Shown piece after piece: positions 1 to 9,017 of a stretch of DNA of 64,000 bases (the first letter of the stretch is position 1; the number at the start of each line of letters is the position of its first letter). The DNA comes from an uncultured Frankineae bacterium (GTDB lineage Bacteria; Actinomycetota; Actinomycetes; Mycobacteriales; SCTD01). The position numbers and the translations under genes are program-made. The stretch is taken from NCBI GenBank assembly GCA_902805775.1, contig CADCUB010000104.1, positions 3,431 through 67,430 of the forward strand, in the 5' to 3' direction. Under the pieces are notes generated by a model, which was not told the origin of the DNA, searched no databases, and saw nothing but the letters and a program-made list of their open reading frames with translations.

Positions 1-54
1 CTCCGCCGACGACGACGACGTCGACCTCGAGCCGCTCCGGACCACCGGGGAGCG

Positions 55-1692
55 TCACGAGGCCTCCAGCAGCCCGCGCGCCGCCACGGCCTCGAGCGAC
101 AGCGTGCGGTAGCCGACCGCCTCGAACAGCACGACGATCCGATCGCCTTCGTAGCGCATGACCACCCCGTTGCCCCAGCTGGCGTGGGTGACGCGCGACT
201 GGAGCGGGAACGGCGACAGGTCCGCGTCGGCCTGCTCCTCGGCGGTCCCGTCACGGCACGTGTCGCAGTTGCCGCACGGCTCCTCGAGCGTCTCGCCGAA
301 GTAGCCGAGCAGGAACTGCCGGCGGCAGCCGGTCGTCTCGGCGTACGCGCGCATCATCTCGACCCGCGACTGCTCCATCTTGCGCTGCGACTCGGCGACC
401 TCCGCGGCCTGGGAGGCCGCCTGCCGGGGGCTCAGCTCGTCCTCGCTCGCCTCGATGGTGCCGTCGTCGTGCACGTCGACGGCACCGGCCTGCTCCAGCA
501 GGTTGACCAGGCCGGCGAGGCGGGTCGGCCGCACGTCCATCTCGGAGGCCAGGGCGGTGGGCTCGACCGCCTCGCCGGCGTGGTTGACCAGCGCGACGAC
601 CTGCGTGAGCGCCCGCTCGTCGACGCCGCCGGAGGCGAAGAACGTGCGCAGCCCGAGGTCCTCCTGGCGGTAGTACAGCACCGCCTGAGCGGGCTCGCCG
701 TCGCGTCCGGCGCGGCCGATCTCCTGGTAGTAGCTGTCGAGCGAGTCGGCGACCTCGGCGTGCAGGACGAAGCGCACGTCGGCCTTGTCGATGCCCATCC
801 CGAACGCCGTCGTCGCGACCACCACGTCGAGTCCTCCTGCCAGGAAGCGGCTGTGGACGTCGTCGCGGTCGGCGGACCTGCGCCCGGCGTGGTAGTGCTC
901 GGCCGTGATCCCGAGCTCGGCGAGCGCCTCGGCGTAGCGCTCGGCGCTCTTGCGGGTGGCGGTGTAGACCAGCCCCGGCTTCGCCTCCGACATCGCCCGC
1001 AGGACGACGGCCTCCCGCCGCTGCTCGTCGTCGCGGAACGACTCGACCTCGAGCGACAGGTTGGGCCGGTCGAAGCCACGGACCACCTGCACGGGGTCGT
1101 CCAGGCGGAGCCGGCTGACGATCTCGTCACGGACGGGCGGTGACGCCGTGGCGGTCAGCGCGAGCACCGTCGGGCGGCCCAGCCGCTCGATCGCCGTGTG
1201 CAGCCGCAGGTAGTCGGGACGGAAGTCGTGCCCCCACGAGGAGATGCAGTGCGCCTCGTCGACGACGAACAGCGACGGACGGACCTCTGCCAGCGCATCG
1301 AGCACCTCGGGCTTGCTGAGCTGCTCCGGCGCCAGGAAGAAGAACTCGACGTCCCCGCTCTGCAGCGCCTCGAAGGCCGCCTCGCGCGCCCGCGCGCTCT
1401 GAGCGCTGTTGGCCTGGACCGCGCCACCGGCCGCACGGTGCTCGAGCAGCCCGGACACCTGGTCGCGCTGCAGCGCGATGAGCGGGCTGACGACGACGGT
1501 GGGCCCGTCGAGCAGCAGCGCGGGCACCTGGTAGATCGCGCTCTTGCCCGAGCCGGTGGGCATGACGGCAAGCGTGTCGCGACCGGCCATGACGTGCTGC
1601 ATGGCCTCGAGCTGACCGGGCCGCAGCTCGGTCCAGCCGAAGGCCTCGCGCGCGGTGCGCCGGAGATCGGCGGCGGCGGGCAGGTCGGTCAC
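55..1692 (-). CDS. recQ: RecQ-family ATP-dependent DNA helicase
   Basis: 545-aa ORF. Walker A MPTGSGKS, DEAH box VVDEAHCISSWGHDFRPDY, motif VI QEIGRAGRDG, C-terminal Cys cluster CRRQ..CGNCDTC. GTG start preceded by GAGGAG. Confidence 0.9.
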   Translation of the reverse strand: MTDLPAAADLRRTAREAFGWTELRPGQLEAMQHVMAGRDTLAVMPTGSGKSAIYQVPALLLDGPTVVVSPLIALQRDQVSGLLEHRAAGGAVQANSAQSARAREAAFEALQSGDVEFFFLAPEQLSKPEVLDALAEVRPSLFVVDEAHCISSWGHDFRPDYLRLHTAIERLGRPTVLALTATASPPVRDEIVSRLRLDDPVQVVRGFDRPNLSLEVESFRDDEQRREAVVLRAMSEAKPGLVYTATRKSAERYAEALAELGITAEHYHAGRRSADRDDVHSRFLAGGLDVVVATTAFGMGIDKADVRFVLHAEVADSLDSYYQEIGRAGRDGEPAQAVLYYRQEDLGLRTFFASGGVDERALTQVVALVNHAGEAVEPTALASEMDVRPTRLAGLVNLLEQAGAVDVHDDGTIEASEDELSPRQAASQAAEVAESQRKMEQSRVEMMRAYAETTGCRRQFLLGYFGETLEEPCGNCDTCRDGTAEEQADADLSPFPLQSRVTHASWGNGVVMRYEGDRIVVLFEAVGYRTLSLEAVAARGLLEAS

Positions 1693-1780
1693 GGGGGCTC
1701 CTCGGGTCAGGGGGGTCCGGCCTCCGTACGTCCCCCTGCACGCCTGGGGAACACCTCCGCACAGGTGATCCCGCGGGCTC

Positions 1781-1786
1781 TACCCT
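1781..1786 (+). promoter_or_regulatory. Predicted -10 hexamer TACCCT exactly 6 nt upstream of the ATG at 1793 (leaderless transcript)
   Basis: TANNNT hexamer, 6-nt spacer gtcggc, no SD sequence. Same geometry recurs at several other genes in the window. Confidence 0.45.
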
Positions 1787-1792
1787 GTCGGC

Positions 1793-2023
1793 ATGACCGA
1801 GCTCGACACCCGTCCTGTCGTCGACCCCGAGCTCGACGACGGCGACGACGACAAGCGGTTCAGCCACTACGTGCGCAAGGAGGACATCCTGCGCAGCGCC
1901 ATCGACGGCGTGCCGGTCAAGGCGCTGTGCGGCAAGCAGTGGCTGCCCGGCCGCGACCCCGAGAAGTACCCCGTCTGCCCTGCCTGCAAGGACATGATGG
2001 GCATGCTCGAGTCCATGCAGTGA
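1793..2023 (+). CDS. DUF3039 domain protein (conserved actinobacterial small protein)
   Basis: 76 aa. FSHYVRKEDILRSAIDGVPVKALCGKQWLPGRDPEKYPVCPACK matches my memory of the DUF3039 signature. High GC3. Confidence 0.8.
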   Translation: MTELDTRPVVDPELDDGDDDKRFSHYVRKEDILRSAIDGVPVKALCGKQWLPGRDPEKYPVCPACKDMMGMLESMQ

Positions 2024-2901
2024 GCGCCTCCCCGGAGACCGTCCTCGCCGTCGACATCGGCGGCACGAAGATCGCCGCCGGCGTCGTCGACGCGGACGGG
2101 CGACTGCTGCGCTGGGCGACGGAGCCGACCCCGACCGGCCCGGACCCGGAGGCGATCTGGCAGGCGCTGACCACGGCGGTCACCCGGGCCGAGCCCGACG
2201 GCGCGCAGGCGATCGGCATCGGCAGCGCCGGTCCGATGGAGCGGGGCGGGGTCACCGTCTCACCCCTGAACATCCTGGGCTGGCAGGACTTCCCGCTGCT
2301 GCAGCGCGTCTCGGAGGCGTACGCGCTGCCCGTCGTCATCGACGTGGACGCCAAGGCGCTGGCCGTCGGGGAGGGGTGGCGGGGCGCCGGTGCGGGTGTG
2401 TCCAACTTCATCGCGATGGTCGTCTCCACCGGCGTCGGCGGCGGCGTCGTCGTCGACGGGCGGCTGCTGCACGGCGCCCAGGGCAACGCCGGCCACATCG
2501 GTCACGTGGTGGTGGTGCCGGGCGGCGCGCTCTGCGGCTGCCAGGGACGCGGCTGCCTGGAGGCCGAGATCAGCGGTACGGCCATCGGCCGGCGCATCGG
2601 CGCCCCCGCGTCGCAGGCCTCACCGCAGGAGGTGCACCGCGCCGGCCAGCTGCTCGGCGAAGGGCTCGCCTCCGTCACCAACCTGCTCGACCTCGAGCTG
2701 ATCGCCGTCGGCGGCTCGGTCGCGCTCGGCTTCGGCGAGCCGTTCTTCGCCGCGTGCAACACCGCGCTGCACGCCTCGAGCCGGCTGGGCTTCACCGCGA
2801 ACACGCGGGTCGTCCCGGTCGGGCTCGGCCCGGACGGCCCCCTGGTCGGTGCCGGTGCGCTGGCCTGGCGCATGCTCGGACAGGACGTCGGCGTCGCCTG
2901 A
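2020..2901 (+). CDS. ROK-family sugar kinase (glucokinase-like)
   Basis: In-frame GTG at 2020 overlaps the upstream stop (GTGA). N-terminal LAVDIGGTKIAAGVVD ATP-binding motif and ROK zinc motif GHIGH...CGCQGRGCLEAEISG. The track ORF 1198..2901 is over-extended. Confidence 0.85.
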   Translation: MSASPETVLAVDIGGTKIAAGVVDADGRLLRWATEPTPTGPDPEAIWQALTTAVTRAEPDGAQAIGIGSAGPMERGGVTVSPLNILGWQDFPLLQRVSEAYALPVVIDVDAKALAVGEGWRGAGAGVSNFIAMVVSTGVGGGVVVDGRLLHGAQGNAGHIGHVVVVPGGALCGCQGRGCLEAEISGTAIGRRIGAPASQASPQEVHRAGQLLGEGLASVTNLLDLELIAVGGSVALGFGEPFFAACNTALHASSRLGFTANTRVVPVGLGPDGPLVGAGALAWRMLGQDVGVA

Positions 2902-2927
2902 GGCGGTCCCGGCACGGCCCTCGGCGC

Positions 2928-3998
2928 TCAGGCGGGGACGGGAGCAGCGGGCACCACGACCGGCTCGGGGACCAGCTCCACGCCGAACGCCTCGCGCACG
3001 CCCTGCTGCACCGCTCCGGCGACGTCCAGCAGCTCGCGCGTCGTGCCGGATCCCCGGTTGACCAGCGCCAGGGTGTGCTTGCTCGAGATGCCGACCGGCC
3101 CCTCGAACGCGCCCTTGCCGAAGCCGGCCCGCTCGATCAGCCAGGCCGCCGACACCTTCGTACGCCCGTCCGGCTCGGGCCACGTCGGCAGGCGCACGCT
3201 GCCGCAGCGCTCGTCGACCCGCTCCCGCAGCGATCGCAGCTGCTCGTCGGTGAGCAGCGGGTTGGTGAAGAACGAGCCCGCGCTGCGGGTGTCGGGGTCG
3301 GCGGCGTCGAGGACCATGCCCTTGCCGCGACGCAGCGCCAGCACCGCCTCGCGCACCTGCGACAGGGGCGCCCGTTCGCCGACCTCGACACCGAGCCGCC
3401 GGGCGAGCTCGGCGTAGCCGACCGGGGCCGACAGCTCGCCGGTCCCGAGGGAGAAGGTGACGGCCAGCACCACCCAGCGGCCCGGCTCGGCCTTGAAGAC
3501 GCTCGTGCGGTAGGCGAAGCGGCACGCCTCTCCGGTCAGGACGACCACCCGACCGGCGGCGCGGTCGTACGCCCGGACCTGCACGACGGTCTGCGAGACG
3601 TCCTGGCCGTAGGCGCCGATGTTCTGCACGACGCTGGCGCCGACCAGGCCGGGTATGCCGGACAGCGCCTCGAGGCCCACGAGCCGGTCGGCCACGCACA
3701 GGCCGACGAAGGACTCCCACTCCTCGCCCGCCGCGGCCGTGAGCAGGACGCGGTCGCCGGAGTGCTCCGCCGCGAGACCGTGCACCGCCACGCGCAGGAC
3801 CGTGCCGTCGACGCCCTCGTCGGGCAGCACGACGTTGCTGCCGCCGCCGAGCACGAGCAGCCGCTCGCCGGCGGCGTCCGCCGCGCGGACGACCTCGACC
3901 ACCGACTGCTCGTCGTACGCCGTCACCAGGCGCCGGGCCGGGCCGCCGAGCCGCAGCGTCGTCAGCGGGGCGAGCGGGACGTCCGGTCGGTCGAGCAC
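2928..3998 (-). CDS. murB: UDP-N-acetylenolpyruvoylglucosamine reductase
   Basis: 356 aa. N-terminal PLAPLTTLRLGGPA, FAD-binding LLVLGGGSNVV, C-terminal GISSKHTLALVN. Typical MurB layout. Confidence 0.9.
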   Translation of the reverse strand: MLDRPDVPLAPLTTLRLGGPARRLVTAYDEQSVVEVVRAADAAGERLLVLGGGSNVVLPDEGVDGTVLRVAVHGLAAEHSGDRVLLTAAAGEEWESFVGLCVADRLVGLEALSGIPGLVGASVVQNIGAYGQDVSQTVVQVRAYDRAAGRVVVLTGEACRFAYRTSVFKAEPGRWVVLAVTFSLGTGELSAPVGYAELARRLGVEVGERAPLSQVREAVLALRRGKGMVLDAADPDTRSAGSFFTNPLLTDEQLRSLRERVDERCGSVRLPTWPEPDGRTKVSAAWLIERAGFGKGAFEGPVGISSKHTLALVNRGSGTTRELLDVAGAVQQGVREAFGVELVPEPVVVPAAPVPA

Positions 3999-4016
3999 CC
4001 GACCAGGGTAGGCACG

Positions 4017-4931
4017 TCAGGCGACCTGCGCCGCCGCGGCCGCTGCTCGCCGCGACGTGCGGCGGTGGTGGCGCACCAGGTCGGCGGTGAACAGCGCGAG
4101 GCCCGCCCAGACCAGGACGAACCCGAGCAGCCGGAACAGGGGCAGCGGCTCGTCGAACAGCGTGACGCCGAGGGCGAACTGCAGGGTCGGGGCGAGGTAC
4201 TGCAGCAGGCCCAGGGTGGTCAGCGGGACGCGCGAGGCGGCGGCGCCGAAGGCCAGCAGCGGGACCGCGGTGACGACGCCCGACAGCGCGAGCAGCACGG
4301 CGTGGCCGCTGCCGTCCGCGGTGAACGTCCCGGCCCCGGTCGCCCCGAGGACGGCCACGTAGCCCGCGGCGACCGGCAGCAGCACGGCCGTCTCCACCGC
4401 CAGCCCCTCCACGGCACCGACCCCGCTGACCTTCTTCAGCAGCCCGTACGCGCCGAACGAGAAGGCGAGCACCAGCGCGATCCAGGGCGGCCGGCCGTTC
4501 TCCACGGTCAGCACCACGACCGCGACGAACGCCGCGCCCAGCGCCGTCCACTGCGCCGGACGCAGGCGCTCGCCCAGCACCAGCACGCCCAGCAGCACCG
4601 TCACGATGGGGTTGACGAAGTAGCCCAGCGAGGTCTCCACCACGTGCCCGGAGGTCACCCCCCAGATGTAGGTGCCCCAGTTCACCGCGATGACGACGGC
4701 GCCGAGGGCGACCAGGAGCAGGCGGCGCCGGTCGGCGAGCACCGTCCGCACGGCCGCTCCCCGCCGGGTGACCGCGAGGACGGCGGCGACGACGACCAGC
4801 GACCACAGCACCCGGTGGGCGAGCACCTCGACGGCTCCGGCCGGCGCGAGCAGCGGCCAGTAGAGCGGGAACAGCCCCCAGAGCAGGTACGCCGACGCCC
4901 CGTAGAGCACGCCGGTCCGCTCGGAGCTCAC
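4017..4931 (-). CDS. rarD: EamA/DMT-family transporter, RarD-type
   Basis: 304 aa, about 10 hydrophobic segments. N-terminus GVLYGASAYLLWGLFPLYW is typical of RarD. GTG start. Only 18 nt upstream of murB on the same strand. Confidence 0.8.
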   Translation of the reverse strand: MSSERTGVLYGASAYLLWGLFPLYWPLLAPAGAVEVLAHRVLWSLVVVAAVLAVTRRGAAVRTVLADRRRLLLVALGAVVIAVNWGTYIWGVTSGHVVETSLGYFVNPIVTVLLGVLVLGERLRPAQWTALGAAFVAVVVLTVENGRPPWIALVLAFSFGAYGLLKKVSGVGAVEGLAVETAVLLPVAAGYVAVLGATGAGTFTADGSGHAVLLALSGVVTAVPLLAFGAAASRVPLTTLGLLQYLAPTLQFALGVTLFDEPLPLFRLLGFVLVWAGLALFTADLVRHHRRTSRRAAAAAAQVA

Positions 4932-5032
4932 CCGGACATCCTGCCGGAGTCCGGCCCGGGCACCGCGGTCGCGGGAAGCACGCGGCCGGTGCGAGGCTTG
5001 TCAGCACCACACGACCGAGCAGGGGGGCCCGG

Positions 5033-7072
5033 ATGCTGCTGGCCGCAGGTGAGGGACCACCGCAGTTCCTGACGCAGATCGCGGCGCTCGTGGTCGCCGG
5101 GGCGGTGATCGGCTACCTGTGCGCCCGGCTGCGGGTCGTCCCGATCGTCGGCTTCCTGCTGGCCGGCGTCCTGATCGGCCCGAACGCGCTCGGCGTCGTG
5201 CGCGAGCGGGAGATCATCGACGCCGCCGCCGAGATCGGCGTCATCCTGCTGCTGTTCACGATCGGCATCGAGTTCTCCATCGGCCGCCTCATGGCGATCC
5301 GACGGCTGGTCCTGCTGGGCGGCTCGCTGCAGGTCCTGGGCGCCGTGCTGGTCACGACGGGCCTGCTGATGGCGGCCGGGGTCGACCTGCGACCGGCCGT
5401 GTTCACCGGGCTGCTCGTCTCGCTGTCCTCGACGGCCATCGTGCTCAAGCTGCTCGGCGACCGGGGCGCCACCGGCTCCCCCACCGGCCAGACGAGCCTC
5501 GGGCTGCTGATCTTCCAGGACCTCGCCGTCGTCGCGATGGTGCTGGTGCTGCCCGTGATCGGGCAGGACGGCGAGGGCGGTGGCGGCGCCGGCGGGCTGG
5601 TCCGCGCCCTCGGCACCGCGCTGGCGGTCATCGCCGTCACGCTGGTGGTCGCCCGCCGGGTCATGCCGCCGGTGCTGGAGGCCGTCGCGCGGGCCTGCTC
5701 GCCGGAGGTGTTCCTGCTCTCGGTCATCGCCCTGTGCCTGGGCACCGCCTACCTCACGGCCCTGGCCGGGGTGTCGGTCTCGCTCGGGGCCTTCCTCGCC
5801 GGCCTGGTCGTGAGCGAGTCGCGCCACTCGGCGCACGCACTCGGCGAGGTGCTGCCCCTGCAGATCCTGTTCTCCGCGACCTTCTTCCTGTCGATCGGGA
5901 CGCTGCTCGACGTCCGCTTCCTGCTGCAGGAGCCGCTGCTGGTCGTGGGCGCCGTGGCCCTGGTCCTCGTCGTCAAGGCGGTCACGACCACCGCGGCGGC
6001 CTGGGCGACGGGCGTCGGCGCCGCCACCGCCGCGAGCGCCGGGCTGCTGCTCGCCCAGGTCGGCGAGTTCGCGTTCGTGCTCGAGCGGCTCGGCCGCGAC
6101 GTCGGGCTGACCCCGGCCGGGCTCGGGGAGGACGGCTCCCAGGCGTTCATCGCCGCGACCGTCCTGCTGCTCGTGGCCACCCCCGGCCTGGCTGCCGGCG
6201 GCCGGGCGCTGGCCGCCCGCCTCGAGCGGCGGCGACCGGTCGCGTCCGCCCCGGAGGCCGCGGCCGACGACGACGCGCCCGTCCGCGGTCACGTGGTGCT
6301 GTCCGGGTGGGGCTCGGCCGCCCGCCACCTCGCCCGGGAGCTGACGGGCAGCGGCTACGAGGTCGTGGTGATGACGCTGTCCCCGGACGGCGCCGCCGAG
6401 GCCGAGGCAGCCGGCCTGCGGGTGGTGCGCGGCGACTCGACCAAGGCCCCCGTCCTGGAGGCGGCGGCGGCGCGGTACGCCCGCGCGGTCGTCCTCGGCG
6501 ACGACGAGCCCGAGCAGGCGGCGCGCATCGCCGGAGTGCTGACCACCACCGCCCCCCAGGCCGACGTGGTGGTGCTCGCGCCCGGCGCCGAGGCCGTCTC
6601 CGAGCTGCACGCCGCGGGCGTCGCCGACGTCGTGCTGGTCGACCGCACCGCGCACGAGCACCTGACCCGCACCGTCCTGTCGCGCCTGGGCCGGCCGCCG
6701 GCTGCCGGACCGGCCGGCGGGGCGCCGGCCGACCGCAGGACGGTGGTGGACACCTCGCGCGTGGTGGCGTTCCGGGCCGCGCCGGCCACGGCCTGCGTGC
6801 ACGCGTCGGTGGCGCGGCCGGTGCTGCCCTCCACCGAGGGGTGCGCCGAGTGCCTGCGCGAGGGCCGCACCTGGGTGCACCTGCGCCTGTGCACGTCGTG
6901 CGGCCACGTCGGGTGCTGCGACAGCTCGCCGGGACGGCACGCTGCCGGCCACGCCTCGCACGAGGACCACCCCGTCATGTGCTCCGTGGAGCCGGGCGAG
7001 GGCTGGGGCTGGTGCTACCTGGACCGCACCACGCTCGAGCCGGCGTCGGCGGCGCTGTCCTCCTCGGCCTGA
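5033..7072 (+). CDS. CPA2/Kef-type cation:proton antiporter fused to an RCK (TrkA-N-like) domain and a C-terminal UBP-type zinc finger
   Basis: 679 aa. About 380 aa multi-TM Na/H-exchanger region, then Rossmann-like VVLSGWGSAARHLARELTGSGYEVVVM. C-terminal Cys/His pattern CAECLREGRTWVHLRLCTSCGHVGCCDSSPGRHAAGHASHEDHPV. Confidence 0.85.
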   Translation: MLLAAGEGPPQFLTQIAALVVAGAVIGYLCARLRVVPIVGFLLAGVLIGPNALGVVREREIIDAAAEIGVILLLFTIGIEFSIGRLMAIRRLVLLGGSLQVLGAVLVTTGLLMAAGVDLRPAVFTGLLVSLSSTAIVLKLLGDRGATGSPTGQTSLGLLIFQDLAVVAMVLVLPVIGQDGEGGGGAGGLVRALGTALAVIAVTLVVARRVMPPVLEAVARACSPEVFLLSVIALCLGTAYLTALAGVSVSLGAFLAGLVVSESRHSAHALGEVLPLQILFSATFFLSIGTLLDVRFLLQEPLLVVGAVALVLVVKAVTTTAAAWATGVGAATAASAGLLLAQVGEFAFVLERLGRDVGLTPAGLGEDGSQAFIAATVLLLVATPGLAAGGRALAARLERRRPVASAPEAAADDDAPVRGHVVLSGWGSAARHLARELTGSGYEVVVMTLSPDGAAEAEAAGLRVVRGDSTKAPVLEAAAARYARAVVLGDDEPEQAARIAGVLTTTAPQADVVVLAPGAEAVSELHAAGVADVVLVDRTAHEHLTRTVLSRLGRPPAAGPAGGAPADRRTVVDTSRVVAFRAAPATACVHASVARPVLPSTEGCAECLREGRTWVHLRLCTSCGHVGCCDSSPGRHAAGHASHEDHPVMCSVEPGEGWGWCYLDRTTLEPASAALSSSA

Positions 7073-8424
7073 CGGGCCGCCGCGACGGCCCCGTCGGTGT
7101 CCGTCGCCGCGAGCAGCAGGCCGCCGGAGGCGAACAGCACCAGCAGCGACAGCAGCGCCCCGCGGTAGGAGCCGGTGACGTCGAGCACGACCGCGAACAG
7201 CAGCGTGCCGATCCACGCCGTCCCGCGCTCCGCGAGCTCGTAGAAGCCGAAGAACGACGCCTGCCGGCCGGCCGGGACCATCGAGGAGAACAGCGAGCGG
7301 GCGACGGCCTGCGAGCCGCCGAGCACCAGCGCGATCGCCACACCGAGGACGTACGCCGCCGTCGTGCTGTCCAGCGCCAGCACCGCGTACAGCAGGATCG
7401 CGACCCAGACGACCAGCGTCCCGAGCAGCGTGCGCTTGGCGCCCAGCCGGTCGGCCAGCCGCCCCGACACGCCGGCGCCGAAGACGGCGACCACCTGGAT
7501 GAGCAGGACCAGCTGCAGCAGGAACGGCGTCGCGTCGTCGCGGGGCAGGCCCTTGGCGACGAACAGCTCCTGCTCCAGCACCACGGCCGACAGCGCGACG
7601 ACGGCCTGGATGGCGTCGTTGAACAGCAGGAACGCCAGCAGGTAGCGCGCCGTGCCGGGCAGCGCCCGCAGTGCGCGCAGCGACCCCCGGAGCTGGCGCA
7701 GCGAGGAGCCGACCGCGCTCGCCAGGCGCTCCCCGGGGTGCGTGCCGTCCCAGCCGGGCAGCTCGCGCACGGCGTCCAGGCGGCGCACGGCGACCGCGCC
7801 GAGGACGGCCCACCACACCGCCGACAGCCCGATGGCCAGCCGCACCGCCGTCCCCCGCGACAGCCCGAGCGGCTCGGCGGCGGTGACCAGGGCGAGCGAC
7901 ACCGCCAGCACGAAGGCGCCTCCGGCGTACCCGGCGGCGAACCCGCGCGCGGACACCCGGTGGCGGTCGGGCAGCTCGGCCACGTCGCCGAGGAAGGCGT
8001 TGTAGGCCAGGATCGCGGCGCCGTACGCGACGTTCGCCACGACGAAGGCGAGCACGCCCGGCAGGACCGTGCCGGCGGGCGCGAGCGCGAGCGCCACCGT
8101 CGCGAGCGAGCCGACGCCGGTCGAGACGACGAGCAGCTGCCGCTTGGCGGTCGCCCGGTCGGCCAGCGCGCCCAGCAGCGGCAGGGCCAGCACCTGCAGG
8201 AGCACCGACAGGCTCACGGCGTAGGCGAAGACCGACGCCGCGCGCGGGGCCAGGCCGAGCAGCTCGACCGTCCCGTCGGGCCCGGCGGCGTCGGTCGCCA
8301 GGGCGTTGACGAACGGTCCCCCGACGGCGGTGACCACCGTCGTGACGAACGCGGAGTTCGCGACGTCGTACAGCGTGAAGCCGGACACGGCACGGCGTCG
8401 CGGGTCGCGTGCGCGGGCGGTCAC
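7015..8424 (-). CDS. MFS transporter, UMF1 (Atg22-like) family
   Basis: 469 aa, 12 predicted TM segments. N-terminal FTLYDVANSAF motif. GTG start with GGAGG 5 nt upstream. Confidence 0.8.
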   Translation of the reverse strand: MTARARDPRRRAVSGFTLYDVANSAFVTTVVTAVGGPFVNALATDAAGPDGTVELLGLAPRAASVFAYAVSLSVLLQVLALPLLGALADRATAKRQLLVVSTGVGSLATVALALAPAGTVLPGVLAFVVANVAYGAAILAYNAFLGDVAELPDRHRVSARGFAAGYAGGAFVLAVSLALVTAAEPLGLSRGTAVRLAIGLSAVWWAVLGAVAVRRLDAVRELPGWDGTHPGERLASAVGSSLRQLRGSLRALRALPGTARYLLAFLLFNDAIQAVVALSAVVLEQELFVAKGLPRDDATPFLLQLVLLIQVVAVFGAGVSGRLADRLGAKRTLLGTLVVWVAILLYAVLALDSTTAAYVLGVAIALVLGGSQAVARSLFSSMVPAGRQASFFGFYELAERGTAWIGTLLFAVVLDVTGSYRGALLSLLVLFASGGLLLAATDTDGAVAAARQAEEDSAADAGSSVVRSR

Positions 8425-8711
8425 GGTGCCTCCGGAGGGTCGTTCGGTCGGGCGCTGCGCGGCCCAGTGTTCGCCGGCAGGGCGCGCCCGTCATGCGCAG
8501 GACTACCCGGTCGCGCCGTGCGGTCCCGGGCCTGTGCACTCTGGTCCGCCGCGGGCCGGCGTGTACAGTGACCGGCGGTTGATGTTGCACCTCTTCGCTC
8601 GTGTCCTCCACGCTCGCGGATGTGTGGTCGCGGGCGTTCTTCTCGTCTCCGACAGCTCAGCCCCGGGCGTGCACAGTGCGCGACCGAACTGGTCTTCTGA
8701 AGGAGATGTAC

Positions 8712-8915
8712 ATGGCTCAGGGTTCTGTGAAGTGGTTCAACGCCGAGAAGGGCTTCGGCTTCATCGCGCAGGACGGCGGCGGTGCCGACGTCTTCGTCCA
8801 CTTCTCCGCGATCCAGACGCAGGGCTACAAGTCCCTCGACGAGAACCAGCGCGTCGAGTTCGACATCACGCAGGGCCCGAAGGGCCCGCAGGCGGAGAAC
8901 GTCGTCCCGCAGTAG
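8712..8915 (+). CDS. cspA: Cold-shock protein (CSD, CspA family)
   Basis: 67 aa. [18 protein letters not shown] (RNP1) and DVFVHFS (RNP2). SD GAAGGAG 6 nt upstream of the ATG. The track ORF 8601..8915 is over-extended. Confidence 0.95.
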   Translation: MAQGSVKWFNAEKGFGFIAQDGGGADVFVHFSAIQTQGYKSLDENQRVEFDITQGPKGPQAENVVPQ

Positions 8916-8928
8916 TCCCCTCTCGTCC

Positions 8929-8964
8929 CGACGGCCCGGCTCCTCCCGAGGAGCCGGGCCGTCG
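8929..8964 (+). terminator. Intrinsic-terminator-like hairpin downstream of cspA
   Basis: Perfect 16-bp stem CGACGGCCCGGCTCCT / AGGAGCCGGGCCGTCG with 4-nt loop CCCG, 14 nt after the stop. No U-tract, as is common in high-GC actinobacteria. Confidence 0.65.
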
Positions 8965-9017
8965 GCGTGTCGGCCGGATCACGGACTGCCGCGGCGCCGA
9001 CGGGGCAGGGTGCGCGC

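Noticed and set aside
1-54. A possible partial gene at the left edge, containing a (GAC)n-like stretch.
   Set aside because: 54 nt is too short to assign a frame or function, so it was left unannotated.
7015-7072. A 58-bp tail-to-tail coding overlap between the Kef-UBP gene and the UMF1 MFS gene.
   Set aside because: Both 3' ends are fixed by stop codons, and both C-terminal tails are low-complexity. This is probably just a permissive overlap in GC-rich DNA rather than a regulatory feature. The same applies to the 41-bp marR/wHTH overlap at 46149-46189.
2376-8611. Very long ORFs in the track: 2376..5072 (+), 898 aa; 2620..5010 (-), 796 aa; 4928..8611 (-), 1227 aa; 5119..8571 (+), 1150 aa. 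Analogous ones occur elsewhere: 9975..12743, 16119..19013, 37103..39070, 41479..44133, 59978..62617.
   Set aside because: Their translations are monotonous Arg/Pro/Ala/Gly/Asp strings with no motifs. They lie out of frame or antisense to genes with clear family signatures. This is the classic high-GC absence-of-stop artefact.
8967-9017. The upstream GTG start (8967) for the alpha/beta hydrolase.
   Set aside because: It begins 3 nt after the cspA terminator hairpin and has neither an SD nor a -10 context. ATG 9018 was preferred, but the choice remains uncertain.
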